IMG/VR virus record: IMGVR_UViG_2778261667_000013
Location: 1 to 36,128 of that record
DNA from: a virus
Taxonomy: Duplodnaviria > Heunggongvirae > Uroviricota > Caudoviricetes
Length of the DNA: 36,128 nt
Direction: 5' to 3' (one strand)
Below the pieces are notes generated by a model, which was given only the letters and a program-made list of their open reading frames with translations, had not been told where the DNA came from and made no database searches. This document shows, in pieces, positions 9,737-19,188 of this stretch (positions are counted from its first letter, which is position 1; the number at the start of each line of letters is the position of its first letter). Made by a program: the position numbers and the translations under genes.

Positions 9737-12018
9737 CAGTAAGTTCCTCCCGTGCCTCTGTTGCCGTCCTGAAGGTTGTATTTGTTCACTGCCTCCGCCA
9801 CGACCTGACCATCGAGCACCAGTTGTGTGGTGAAATTAATGGGGCTGGCAGGTGGTCCCCAGTGCGTGAGGTATTCCGGCTGGGTGATGCGTCCGGGTTG
9901 CTTTGATGCTGTTTCAGACGCTGCCATTCCGGCTTGCTGTCGGACTTGTTCTGGTGTTGGCAGAGAATCACCGGCGATAACCCCGGTTTTTTTCAGTTCG
10001 TCAAGATACTGCTGGATCCATTTCTCGTTTTCTGTTGAGTAACCTTCGCCAAACTGCCACCACGGCTGATATTTTTCACGGGCAGCATCAATCAGCCACT
10101 GAGGATATTTAGTCCGTATATTTTTCCAGCGCTCCTCGCTTCCTTCGACGGCGGCGTCTTCTTCCGGGCTGGTTGCAGTGGCCAGTGCCGTAACGGTGCC
10201 ACCGAAAGAAAGCAGGCTACCGGCAATGCCGGGGAATTTAAATCCTTTGCCTTTTTTGACCGTGTTTTCAATTACATCACCGACAACCTCGCCAGCCTTG
10301 CCACCGGGTTTACCCCCGGTCAGGATTTTGATCCCGGCCCATGTCAGAGCCGCTGCGGTCATCGCTTCAATGGCTGTCGTGGCACCCACCACTGCTGTGG
10401 TCAGCCCCGGAAATTTTTCACCCGCCCAGCTTATGGCATCGGCCACAGTACCGGACGCATCAGCCAGCTTTTTCATGCTGTCCATTTGTGAAAATTCAAG
10501 CGTGTTTTTAGCCTGTTCGGTTTTAAAATCATTCGTGCCTGACATGAATTTAAAATCCAGATCTCCGGCGCGCTGACCTTCTGGCAGGGTGCGTTGCTGA
10601 CTGATTTCAGCTTCGACCTGCTTTCGGTATTCCGGGTTATTCCTGTAAGCCAGGATTGCCTTCAGTGCCTGCATATCACCGACAAGCTCACCAACACCGA
10701 ACCCCTCAAGAATTTTCGCCATAGACTCCAGAATTTTGTCCTGCTGGCCTTTGTCTTTTGTTGCTGCCAGGCGCTTCTGAAGCTCCTGATATTGTTTGTT
10801 GTTCGCGGCGACTTTATCAGCAAGGCGTGAAAATGCCTCTATCGGATCAATGCCGTTTTCCATAGCTCGGGTCAATGTACCGGGTAAATCAATACCCTTG
10901 CCATCAATCGTGATGCTTTTCGCCCTTGTTGCTGATTCACTACTGAAAAGTTTGGCCAACAGGTTTACAACGTTATTACCTGCCTCACTGCTGCTGCCTG
11001 CGGCAATACCTGCGACCTCATTAAATGCCAGTAATTTCTGGAATCCATCCAGTCCTTTCATTCCGGCGTTACCAGCTAACGCCATCTGAGGTCCAAGATG
11101 CTCCGCCATATCCCGTAGCTCAAAATTACCGGCTTTACCGGCTGCAATAGCCATATTAAACATGGCCGGAAGATCGTTGTCTGTCAGTCCAAATGTTTGC
11201 TTAGCTTTGGCCGCCATAGTGACCAGATCGCGTGGGGATGCACCGGATGCAGTAGCAAATTTCATAATCTGCGGTAAGAGATTATTCGCGGTATCCCAGG
11301 AAAAAGCGCCGCTGGCCAACATCTCATTCATTGCTTCAGCTGCATCCTCTTTCGTTCCGCCACCATACGTTACCGCCGCGCGGATACTGTTTTTCAGCTT
11401 TTCACGCCCAAACTGCCTGCCTTCCAGACCACCATCACTGAACGCCGTGTTCGCCATCATGCTGAGCTGACGTTCATAACTCATTTGATTTCTGACTGGT
11501 TGCGTCATAATGGCGGCCCCTGCCATAATTCCGCCGCCTATTGTCACGGCATTCCCGCCAAATGCAGCCGCACGGGCAAAACGCCCCCGTTCAGGGATAA
11601 CAGGCGTTTTCGCCATCTTCATCTGAGCCTGAGTGACGCCATCCAGTTCACGCTTGAGTGCCCGGGCTTTTTCCCGGGTGGCCTGCATGGCGCGCTCCTG
11701 CTCCTGCGCAGATTCAAAACCGGCGCGGGCCAGACGGTTATAGCTGGCAACCGTCTGATAAATTTCACGCCGGATTTCACGTTCTGCACGAATACCGAGC
11801 GTTTCCCGGGCACGGGCGGCACGCTGTATCTCTTTTGCCGCCTTTTTCGTGCTGTTAACGCTTTCCTGCTCGGTACGCTTCTGCTCTGCGCCTGCCTTCC
11901 GTGTCGCCTTTGTTACACCTTCGGTGGCTTTGATAACCTGTTTTTGTCCCTTTTCCAGAACCTGCGAGGCTTCGTCCTTCGCAGTCAGGGTCATGCCAAC
12001 TTTGAAATTACCGGCCAT
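9736..12018 (-). CDS. tail tape measure protein
   Basis: 760 aa, Ala/Gly-rich with predicted long helical regions and hydrophobic Gly-rich central segments; located between tail chaperone and N-like gene. Confidence 0.8.
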   Translation of the reverse strand: MAGNFKVGMTLTAKDEASQVLEKGQKQVIKATEGVTKATRKAGAEQKRTEQESVNSTKKAAKEIQRAARARETLGIRAEREIRREIYQTVASYNRLARAGFESAQEQERAMQATREKARALKRELDGVTQAQMKMAKTPVIPERGRFARAAAFGGNAVTIGGGIMAGAAIMTQPVRNQMSYERQLSMMANTAFSDGGLEGRQFGREKLKNSIRAAVTYGGGTKEDAAEAMNEMLASGAFSWDTANNLLPQIMKFATASGASPRDLVTMAAKAKQTFGLTDNDLPAMFNMAIAAGKAGNFELRDMAEHLGPQMALAGNAGMKGLDGFQKLLAFNEVAGIAAGSSSEAGNNVVNLLAKLFSSESATRAKSITIDGKGIDLPGTLTRAMENGIDPIEAFSRLADKVAANNKQYQELQKRLAATKDKGQQDKILESMAKILEGFGVGELVGDMQALKAILAYRNNPEYRKQVEAEISQQRTLPEGQRAGDLDFKFMSGTNDFKTEQAKNTLEFSQMDSMKKLADASGTVADAISWAGEKFPGLTTAVVGATTAIEAMTAAALTWAGIKILTGGKPGGKAGEVVGDVIENTVKKGKGFKFPGIAGSLLSFGGTVTALATATSPEEDAAVEGSEERWKNIRTKYPQWLIDAAREKYQPWWQFGEGYSTENEKWIQQYLDELKKTGVIAGDSLPTPEQVRQQAGMAASETASKQPGRITQPEYLTHWGPPASPINFTTQLVLDGQVVAEAVNKYNLQDGNRGTGGTY

Positions 12019-12177
12019 TTTTCTGCTTACCTTTTCTGCGTTTCTTTCTGAGGGATTTAAATGACTGGCGGGTGGTCTGTGAGGTGTCCTTCCTTCCTGA
12101 GCCGCCGTTCAGCCTGTCAACGGCGGCAAGCCAGCCGTCCAGCTCGGGACGGCTCATGGTCATGATTTGCTCTTCGG

Positions 12178-12561
12178 TTATTCCGTAGCGCCCGAGGATG
12201 AGGACTGCGAGCCGGAGTCCGGCGAGCCGGGATTCCCGCCGTTCCGCTTTACCTTCAGGACGTTGCGTGATGCCAGCAGAATATTAAAATCGTCCGGCGT
12301 CATGTTGTCGTGTAACAGCTCCGCCGTCAGTTCTTCCTGCGGAATATCCCCCAGACGGACCAGCGTTGCCGCCATCACCGCACAGCGGAAGTAATAATCC
12401 GCCGCGAAGCCATCCACCGTCTGAAAGCGTTCTTCAGTTTCTTCCAGTGCCTGCCCGTTATCACGCATGACCGGCAGACGCAGCTCAAAGTTTTTATGAA
12501 CGGTGCCGTTAAACACCACGCCATCAGACAGTTCGCCAGTCTGTGTATTAATCAAAGTCAT
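12178..12561 (-). CDS. tail assembly chaperone (Mu gp41-like)
   Basis: 127 aa acidic ORF between tail tube and tape measure genes, the canonical chaperone position; Ser/Gly-rich C-terminus; overlapping -1 frame is open (see findings). Confidence 0.5.
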   Translation of the reverse strand: MTLINTQTGELSDGVVFNGTVHKNFELRLPVMRDNGQALEETEERFQTVDGFAADYYFRCAVMAATLVRLGDIPQEELTAELLHDNMTPDDFNILLASRNVLKVKRNGGNPGSPDSGSQSSSSGATE

Positions 12562-12932
12562 CCTGTCACCTTCCTGAGTGCAGCCAGTTTGATATCAATT
12601 TTCGCTTCATTATCGACGGTGTATTTCTCACCCACTTCGGTTGTGAAGCAGTCCAGATAGGAGGTGCGTTTGCCGCTTTTACTGAGCGGATACAACGAGA
12701 TTTTCACACCTTCAAGGTTTTCCCAGTCCGGCTCGTTGGTATCAGGGATCACCGCCGAAACGGACAGTTCGTAGGTGCCAATGCCCCGGGCAAAGCCTTT
12801 GGCCCTGCCGGTTTTGTTCATGGTCTTGACCAGTTTTCGCCCGGTGTTGATCTGAACATCAAGGTCGGTGATCTCGATTTCCTGGCTGTCCACCTCCAGC
12901 ACAATCGAGCCAATGTATTCATGCAGAGACAT
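12558..12932 (-). CDS. tail tube protein (Mu M / gp40-like)
   Basis: 124 aa ORF immediately downstream of sheath gene; synteny. Confidence 0.6.
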   Translation of the reverse strand: MSLHEYIGSIVLEVDSQEIEITDLDVQINTGRKLVKTMNKTGRAKGFARGIGTYELSVSAVIPDTNEPDWENLEGVKISLYPLSKSGKRTSYLDCFTTEVGEKYTVDNEAKIDIKLAALRKVTG

Positions 12933-12944
12933 TTACCGCGCTCC

Positions 12945-14366
12945 TTACAAAATCATGTCGATGCGACCGGCAAACACATGCAGGCCGTTAACCACATCCG
13001 CCGGAACCACGCAGTCGAGACGGTTTGCATCTTTCCCGTTTCGCTGAACGCGCAGCTTTGCCTTGTTCGCTTCCACGTTCTCCAGAATCTCCGCTTCCTC
13101 CAGCTTGATCAGCACGTCATACAGTTCGCTTTCCACTTTGGCGATAGTGCGGGTGCTGAGTTTTTCGCGCGGGAAGCGAAGGCTGATGCGTTCGCGGCAC
13201 GCCTTGCGGGTGTAGTCCAGCGTTCTGATGGACGTGATATCCAGTAACGAGACGTCAGTCACGCCCTGTGCGTTAACCGTGTACGTACTGACCGCACGCA
13301 CAATCTGCACCGTGTTACCCGGGCCAACCTCAACCGGCGTCAGGCCGTTATGCAGGGCGTTTTCCTGCTCGTTACGGCTTTCACGCTGTGACATGGCGAC
13401 CACATCCAGCCCGGGCAGCGCCAGCGAGTTCAGCGGACGCGCCGGGTCTTCCTCGCCCGCCATCACAGCGCCGTAGATAGCGGCCAGCACCGCTGGCAGC
13501 TTCACGGAGCCGCGATACCAGGGGACGGACACGCGCCCGCTGTTCACACCGGCTGCCAGGGTGATCCCGTTTCCGAGACTGCCCGTCCAGCCCGCACAGC
13601 CAATCGCGCCGCGCTGTTCCATCGCGTTCCCGGTTTTCTCCAGATGCTGCTTCAGGGCCGCAAGGGCTGGCGCGGTACTGAACGGACAAATCAGAATGTT
13701 GTGACCGGCAGCAAAGACCGCATCCAGTGCAGGCTGAATATCCGGGTCCATTTCGCCGTTCGCCATCGGCGTGGTGCTCACGGTCAGACCGCCTGCCGTG
13801 GTGGACGCTGACAGGGTGATATCATTCCCCCAGGCCCCTTTGGTCCGGGTGGTCACCGTCAGCTGAGAGGCTTCCGATTTGTATTCCCCCGTGACCAGAA
13901 GCGATGGCGTCTGCGTCATTGCTTCCACCAGTGCCGGAATGATTTTCGACGGTTCATCACCGGTTTCCACATCCACCGTGACCTGCTCACCGGCAACCCA
14001 TACCGACAGCGTGCCGCTGCTGGTTGCCGTGCCACTGACGGTAACTGCGCCGGTTGCCGCCTTTCCTGCGCCACTGTCTGCAATACCGATAACATCCAGT
14101 TGCAGATAGCTGTTGGCATTAATGGCCGCGCGCGCCATTGCAGCGGCCAGCGAACCGGCCCCGAAATACAAATCCGCTTCGTCTTCGGAATACACGGAGA
14201 CGGCATTCAGGGGCGTGGCGGTGCCGCCTGACAGCATCGGACCAATCACCAGAACACGCTGTTCATTACCCGGCAGCGTGTTAACGGCCAGTCGGGTATT
14301 AAACTCAAAATGCACACCGGGCTTACGGATGCCGCCCGAAATGGTGTCAAACTGAATTTCACTCAT
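12945..14366 (-). CDS. contractile tail sheath protein (Mu L-like)
   Basis: 473 aa; size and sequence character of myovirus sheath proteins; followed by tube and chaperone genes. Confidence 0.85.
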   Translation of the reverse strand: MSEIQFDTISGGIRKPGVHFEFNTRLAVNTLPGNEQRVLVIGPMLSGGTATPLNAVSVYSEDEADLYFGAGSLAAAMARAAINANSYLQLDVIGIADSGAGKAATGAVTVSGTATSSGTLSVWVAGEQVTVDVETGDEPSKIIPALVEAMTQTPSLLVTGEYKSEASQLTVTTRTKGAWGNDITLSASTTAGGLTVSTTPMANGEMDPDIQPALDAVFAAGHNILICPFSTAPALAALKQHLEKTGNAMEQRGAIGCAGWTGSLGNGITLAAGVNSGRVSVPWYRGSVKLPAVLAAIYGAVMAGEEDPARPLNSLALPGLDVVAMSQRESRNEQENALHNGLTPVEVGPGNTVQIVRAVSTYTVNAQGVTDVSLLDITSIRTLDYTRKACRERISLRFPREKLSTRTIAKVESELYDVLIKLEEAEILENVEANKAKLRVQRNGKDANRLDCVVPADVVNGLHVFAGRIDMIL

Positions 14367-14601
14367 CGGAATCCACCTGTTTCTCTCTCTTCGCCTTCGC
14401 TTTTACCTGCACGGCGTCCTGTTCAGCCGTCACGGTGGTTTCAGGCTCATCCTTCACCAGAATCAGGTCACCGTCCTGAACGGCGCGCCGGTAATAAGCG
14501 GTGTTCTCAACGGTCACCGCTTCCGTGGTGATGTATTTCCGGGCGTTATCCTCCATCGGGAACTTCATCCCGGGAGCCGCCTTAACCTTCATTTTGTTCA
14601 T
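14359..14601 (-). CDS. small phage protein (Mu gp38-like)
   Basis: 80 aa ORF between gp37-like and sheath genes; overlaps both neighbours; synteny only. Confidence 0.45.
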   Translation of the reverse strand: MNKMKVKAAPGMKFPMEDNARKYITTEAVTVENTAYYRRAVQDGDLILVKDEPETTVTAEQDAVQVKAKAKREKQVDSDE

Positions 14602-15163
14602 GCTGTTGCTCTCTTAATTCATCCAGACCACAGATATCTGCGCCGTATTGCGTACCAATTCGCAGTAAATCCGGGTCAGGGTCTGACAGCCTGCCGTGGT
14701 AGCGGTTGAAGAGACGGTCCGCTTCTGCGCCGCGCTCCGGCCATTTGCCGTTCTCCAGCGCGTGCTCCACCCAGCGGGTATCGAACTCACAGGCAAACAC
14801 GGACATTGCCCGCTCTGCCACGCCGGTGTTAAACAGCGTCCTGACCCGCCCGGGTTCGAAATAATCAATCTCCAGCCCCAAATCCTGACCGGTCAGCAGG
14901 CGACGGACGGATTCAACCAGCAGGTTTGTACCGACCTCATCCCGGACGGTGCCTCCCTGTCTGGCGCTCTGTTCGCTGCGGGTGTTGTAATCACCCACCA
15001 CAACCACAAAGCGTCCGGTGGCAATGTATTTCCGGCGTGACGTGGAATAACGTTCGGTTTTCACGATGCCGCCGAACGTCACCCAGGCTGCCGGAAGGCT
15101 GCGAACAATCCGGCCCGGATCTTCATCCAGTTCACCGGCATAGGTGCGGACTTCCCGCACCAT
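14582..15163 (-). CDS. head-tail joining / neck protein candidate (Mu K / gp37-like)
   Basis: 193 aa; position after gp36-like gene as in Mu. Confidence 0.5.
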   Translation of the reverse strand: MVREVRTYAGELDEDPGRIVRSLPAAWVTFGGIVKTERYSTSRRKYIATGRFVVVVGDYNTRSEQSARQGGTVRDEVGTNLLVESVRRLLTGQDLGLEIDYFEPGRVRTLFNTGVAERAMSVFACEFDTRWVEHALENGKWPERGAEADRLFNRYHGRLSDPDPDLLRIGTQYGADICGLDELREQQHEQNEG

Positions 15164-15216
15164 TTCACCCAGACCACAACGCAGACGCTCAACCAGCGCC
15201 CGTTCAATTTCAGTAA

Positions 15217-15648
15217 TCAGAATGCACCTCCCCGCGTGGACTCACGCCCGAACTGACGGGACCCGGAGCGGATACGCACCTGTGACGATGACTGGATCAC
15301 ACTGCCGGACGTATCCCGTCCAAGGTTGATTAGTCCTGCTGCGACTTTCTCCAGAAAGCGGATGGCGTCCCGGTAGCGCATCTGAATTTCTTCTGAGCTG
15401 ATACGGTAATCGGTCGCCAGGTGATAGCGGGAGATATCGCAGCAGTAACCCACCAGAATCCCCGGGCTGTCAGGCCACGGGGTCCGGTAACGCCCCACCA
15501 GATAGCCATCAATCTGGGCACTGGCGCGCGCAAGCGCGGAGACCAGCTTTTCTTCGTCGATGAATCCCGTCATGTCTTCATCCGTCAGTGTGCGCGCCTC
15601 GCGTTCACTGAACGCCCTGATGAACTGTTCCGGTGTGGCGTAAGACAT
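15217..15648 (-). CDS. head completion protein candidate (Mu J / gp36-like)
   Basis: 143 aa; synteny downstream of major head gene. Confidence 0.5.
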   Translation of the reverse strand: MSYATPEQFIRAFSEREARTLTDEDMTGFIDEEKLVSALARASAQIDGYLVGRYRTPWPDSPGILVGYCCDISRYHLATDYRISSEEIQMRYRDAIRFLEKVAAGLINLGRDTSGSVIQSSSQVRIRSGSRQFGRESTRGGAF

Positions 15649-15651
15649 GGG

Positions 15652-15993
15652 TTACTTCTCCTTTTTGTCCGCTTTTTGTGTTTTCTGTGCGGCGTTCAGC
15701 TGTGCAGTCAGCTCACTGACTTTCTGGCGTTCTTCTTCCAGTTGCGCCGTCAGTTCGCTGACTTTCTGACGCTCGGCATCCAGCTGTGCGGCCAGTTCAT
15801 CCCCCCGGGCCGCGTCGTTCTGGCCGGATGCTTTATCGCGCTCCACCACAATCAGCATGGGGTCAGCCTTCAGCACCGCCAGCTGTTCCGGGGTGAACGC
15901 ATCCGCAGGCCATTCCTTCGTGGTTGCGCTGTGTGCCACACCGCAGCGGCGAAAACCCTCACGGCGGGCGGTAATTTCAATCACCTTTTCCAT
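15652..15993 (-). CDS. small head-associated protein (Mu gp35-like) with tandem peptide repeat
   Basis: 113 aa directly downstream of major head gene; internal tandem repeat ERQKVSELTAQL x2 encoded by a ~39 bp direct repeat. Confidence 0.5.
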   Translation of the reverse strand: MEKVIEITARREGFRRCGVAHSATTKEWPADAFTPEQLAVLKADPMLIVVERDKASGQNDAARGDELAAQLDAERQKVSELTAQLEEERQKVSELTAQLNAAQKTQKADKKEK

Positions 15994-15996
15994 GCA

Positions 15997-16905
15997 TTAC
16001 TCCGTCGTACCATCAGAACCAAATGCCATCTGCCAGAAGCCGTAACCGCCGTTACAGCGCGCTTCGGCACCAAACCGAAACTTCTTACGCATGAATACGT
16101 TGTCGCTGTTGTAGTCCGTCTGCTCCACAAAAACCGGTTTCTTACGCTGCTGGAAGATCAGCGGCTTGACCGAGCGGGAGGTGTCGAACAGGAACCACGC
16201 AGAATCCGATGTCAGCTCCGGCATCACCAGTACTTCGGCGGTATTGCGGTACGGGTTCGGTGTGCCGTCCGGGAACTTCTCGGCGGTCATCAGGTAGTTC
16301 GCGTCATCCTCCAGCGCCGGTGGCACAACCAGCAGATTCGGGCGGATTCTGAGAGACGCGCCTTCGTCATCTTTCAGACTGCGCATGGCCGTACGGGCAG
16401 CACCGTAGGAGGCTTTCGCTTCAGCAAGCGACCCCACTTTGAGTTTTTTAGTGCCTTTGTTGGACACCGATTTACCGGCGACCAGGTGGTCGGTATCAAA
16501 GAACATCTGGCCGTCGTAACAGGGACTGGTAAAACCGTTATTGATAAGGGACGCCACAATATCTGCCGGGAGTTCTGCCGCTGACTGGCCCGCGTCTCTG
16601 GCCTGAAGGGCATAGCCCATAATCTGGTCGTCCTCGATGTCGTTACGATCGACTTCAACCGTGGCTTCCCAGTCCTTGTTGCGGATGGTGTAGTTGAAGG
16701 CTTCCAGAGATTTAACGTTTTTATCACCGACCCACTCGCGCATTTTCGGGAAACGACTCAACCAGCTGTAGTCGTTCTCCTTGCTGCCTGATGGCACTTC
16801 CATTGCCACTTTTTGCCAGTCAGTGGGGGTCTGGTCGAAGGCTTTCTGATAGGTGGTCTTCAGATTGATAAAAATCTGGTTGAGGTTTTTAGCGTTAACT
16901 AACAC
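15997..16905 (-). CDS. major head (capsid) subunit, Mu T-like
   Basis: ORF 15997..16947; start trimmed to GTG at 16905 (VLVNAKNLNQ...) which has a GGAG RBS 6 nt upstream and removes overlap with the upstream gene; Mu-type major head protein by size and synteny. Confidence 0.8.
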   Translation of the reverse strand: MLVNAKNLNQIFINLKTTYQKAFDQTPTDWQKVAMEVPSGSKENDYSWLSRFPKMREWVGDKNVKSLEAFNYTIRNKDWEATVEVDRNDIEDDQIMGYALQARDAGQSAAELPADIVASLINNGFTSPCYDGQMFFDTDHLVAGKSVSNKGTKKLKVGSLAEAKASYGAARTAMRSLKDDEGASLRIRPNLLVVPPALEDDANYLMTAEKFPDGTPNPYRNTAEVLVMPELTSDSAWFLFDTSRSVKPLIFQQRKKPVFVEQTDYNSDNVFMRKKFRFGAEARCNGGYGFWQMAFGSDGTTE

Positions 16906-16915
16906 GTTTCGCTCC

Positions 16916-17311
16916 TTAACTGAAATGAACCCAGACGCCATCGTCACCGATGCCGATTACTTTCCCGGCGACAGGGCGGGCGCTGCTGTTGTCGGTTTTT
17001 GCCACGGTCACGCTGTCTTCCACGTAGCACAGCTTGCCGACCTGCGATTGCGTGACCGGATCTGAGGTGCTGTTCGCCATCAGAAAGGCTTTGCCGCAAC
17101 GCACCAGAACGGTGGCGTCGCCATCGCTGCCCTTGCTGTTATCCACCCAGCCATCAGACACGCCCAGCGTAATCTGTGAGGCCGTGGCACTGGCCGGAAC
17201 GGCATAACCGGAGGCGTTAACGGCCACCATATGACCGCCAAAAATTTCGGTCGCAGCGGCAACCGGCACCGGGTTCAGTTCGCCGTCACGGTAGGGGGTA
17301 TTGCGATCCAT
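16916..17311 (-). CDS. hypothetical head protein between protease/scaffold and major head genes
   Basis: 131 aa ORF (MDRNTPYRDGELNPVPVAAATEIF...), adjacent to I stop and T start; no confident family assignment. Confidence 0.45.
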   Translation of the reverse strand: MDRNTPYRDGELNPVPVAAATEIFGGHMVAVNASGYAVPASATASQITLGVSDGWVDNSKGSDGDATVLVRCGKAFLMANSTSDPVTQSQVGKLCYVEDSVTVAKTDNSSARPVAGKVIGIGDDGVWVHFS

Positions 17312-18436
17312 TTACTTGTCTCCTGCGTAACGGGCGACATCCTCTGGATCAACGCCCATCATTGAACAAATGGCGATATCGACATCGACGTCATCGCCGG
17401 TTTTAATCTGCGCCGGGGCCGGTGACGGCGTTTTGGGTGGTTTGCCGCCGGTCTGGGTGCTGCTGAGTGCGGCAAGCGGGGTGGTTTTATCCAGCCAGGT
17501 TTTAAAACCGTTGATATCGCGACGGGCGTAATCTTTCGCCCAGTCTTCCAGCGTCGGAAGCAGTCGCCCGTCAGACAGCGCCGCCTGAATCAGTGCCCCG
17601 GCTTCGGCTTCACCGGACTGTTGCGCCAGTACGGCATAACGTCCCTGAAGTTCTTCATATGCCGTCAGAGGGATATGCTTCGTCGGGTCATAGGCATTTG
17701 CTGACAGGCTGGCGATTTGCTCGTCTTTCTGATTCAGCAGGGCCAGCAGGCTGACGGATGCCGCCGCCGTTCCCTGACCGTTCGAAATCATGTCAACGAC
17801 CTTTTGCAGCTCGTTTTTGATATCTTCCGCCGTTGAGGTAACCGGGAGGTTAAGCATCCAGCGCAGGTCGGAAAGCAAATTGTTTAACAGTTCTTCATCC
17901 ACCGTTGTGGTCTCCGTTTCAGTTGACAGACTCGCCAGACGACTGGCCGCAGCCAGCATGACCGCGTCCATACCGTCCAGCGCCGGGGTATTGGTCAGCG
18001 CAGCATGTAACAGCTCCAGCACTTCGCCGCGCTTGTTGTAGGCAAAAACAGGGGAAATAAATTTGTACTCACCGGCGGCAATCATGGCCGCCGCGTTCTC
18101 CGTCCACTCCACACCGGTGGCATACAGGCCCACACCTTCACGCCATTCCACCTGGCTGAACCAGCCCGCCGCCGGGGCGGGCTTGCCGTTGTTTACGGCG
18201 CGCAGCGTCTGATGTTCGTAATCAATGACAAAAGGCGTGGTACGGGCTGCCACCTGTGCGACAAGCTGCGCGGCCAGTTCGGCAGTCAGCACCCATTTAC
18301 CGCTTTCGACTTCATCGGTATGTGGGCGACCATCCACCGCACTGAACTCGCCTGCCGGAAACAGCTGGATTTCGCTGTGGGTTGCTTTGGTGATTTCGAG
18401 GCTTAATGCCGCAATGTTCATCTTCATACGCGGCAT
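17312..18436 (-). CDS. head maturation protease / scaffold protein (Mu I-like)
   Basis: ORF 17312..18481 begins at a GTG inside a conserved intergenic motif; likely start is one of the ATGs at MPRMKM (18436/18427/18421); start uncertain. Confidence 0.75.
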   Translation of the reverse strand: MPRMKMNIAALSLEITKATHSEIQLFPAGEFSAVDGRPHTDEVESGKWVLTAELAAQLVAQVAARTTPFVIDYEHQTLRAVNNGKPAPAAGWFSQVEWREGVGLYATGVEWTENAAAMIAAGEYKFISPVFAYNKRGEVLELLHAALTNTPALDGMDAVMLAAASRLASLSTETETTTVDEELLNNLLSDLRWMLNLPVTSTAEDIKNELQKVVDMISNGQGTAAASVSLLALLNQKDEQIASLSANAYDPTKHIPLTAYEELQGRYAVLAQQSGEAEAGALIQAALSDGRLLPTLEDWAKDYARRDINGFKTWLDKTTPLAALSSTQTGGKPPKTPSPAPAQIKTGDDVDVDIAICSMMGVDPEDVARYAGDK

Positions 18437-18465
18437 GATGACGGAAGGGGAGCACGGGGTACTGT

Positions 18466-18483
18466 GGAGGGTGTTCAGCACCC
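18466..18483 (-). promoter_or_regulatory. conserved motif site 2 (G-I intergenic region, upstream of protease/scaffold gene)
   Basis: gggtactgtggagggtgttcagcaccct; shares ~27 of 30 positions with site 3. Confidence 0.45.
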
Positions 18484-18636
18484 TGCCATAACGCGAAAGG
18501 ATAAAAGGGGAAATAAAACCGTTTTTAAAACCCTTTTAAAAACGATTCTGACAGCATTTACGGGGTGCAGTGCTGTAATGCCTCATCCGTGAGGCGTTTA
18601 TGTTGTCACAGGCGATTACAGCGCGTTTGTGGCCAT

Positions 18637-19188
18637 TCAGTCAATCACCCGCGCAAAATAGCGGTTTGCGGTGTTCTCCAGCTCGTCGATGTCGTCCTGC
18701 ACAAGCTGAAGGAAGGGACGCGCGGGCATGTTGACTGTATACGCTCCGACCGTTGCGCTCTGCACAAAATTACTGTTGCGCTTTTTCACAAAACGGCTGC
18801 TGACGCTGCCGTTTTTGTACTGTTTAAAATACAGGTTCTGCGTCCGTGCCTGATGGCGTATTTCGCCGCCTTCGTTGTGGATACGGGCATAACGAACGTT
18901 TGTCCCGACCGTGGCCTCGTTATTGTTAACCGCAGAGCGGATACTGGCAGCCAGTCGCCCGGACTTCTGAAGGATTTGCCCGGGGCCGCGTCGCTTCGCA
19001 TAAGCCGGACTCCAGCCCATCCATTTCGGGCGCCCCTGTTGTTCAAAGTTAGTTTCAACCGCATCCAGCATGGAACCCGCAAGCGCCGTCATCAGGTCGC
19101 GCCGGTCCTTCACGGAACGAATCAGGTTACCCAGCGTGGTGTTATACGCGCTTAAATCAATCTTAATATCCAGTTTACCGTTGCTCAT
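18637..19188 (-). CDS. virion morphogenesis protein (Mu G-like)
   Basis: 183 aa; synteny between F and I; 4-nt overlap with F. Confidence 0.75.
   Translation of the reverse strand: MSNGKLDIKIDLSAYNTTLGNLIRSVKDRRDLMTALAGSMLDAVETNFEQQGRPKWMGWSPAYAKRRGPGQILQKSGRLAASIRSAVNNNEATVGTNVRYARIHNEGGEIRHQARTQNLYFKQYKNGSVSSRFVKKRNSNFVQSATVGAYTVNMPARPFLQLVQDDIDELENTANRYFARVID

Noticed and set aside
15421-16584. 387 aa plus-strand ORF antisense to the gp36-like, gp35-like and major head genes
   Set aside because: Arg/Gln/His-rich antisense translation of strongly supported minus-strand structural genes; no RBS or start context; every credible gene in the window is on the minus strand.
18436-18481. ORF-track start (GTG at 18481) of the protease/scaffold gene
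   Set aside because: The GTG lies inside the conserved intergenic motif (site 2) with no RBS; a downstream ATG in MPRMKM is more plausible, though none has a strong RBS either.
18565-19155. 196 aa plus-strand ORF antisense to the G-like gene
   Set aside because: Same reasoning: antisense to a syntenic, well-supported gene.
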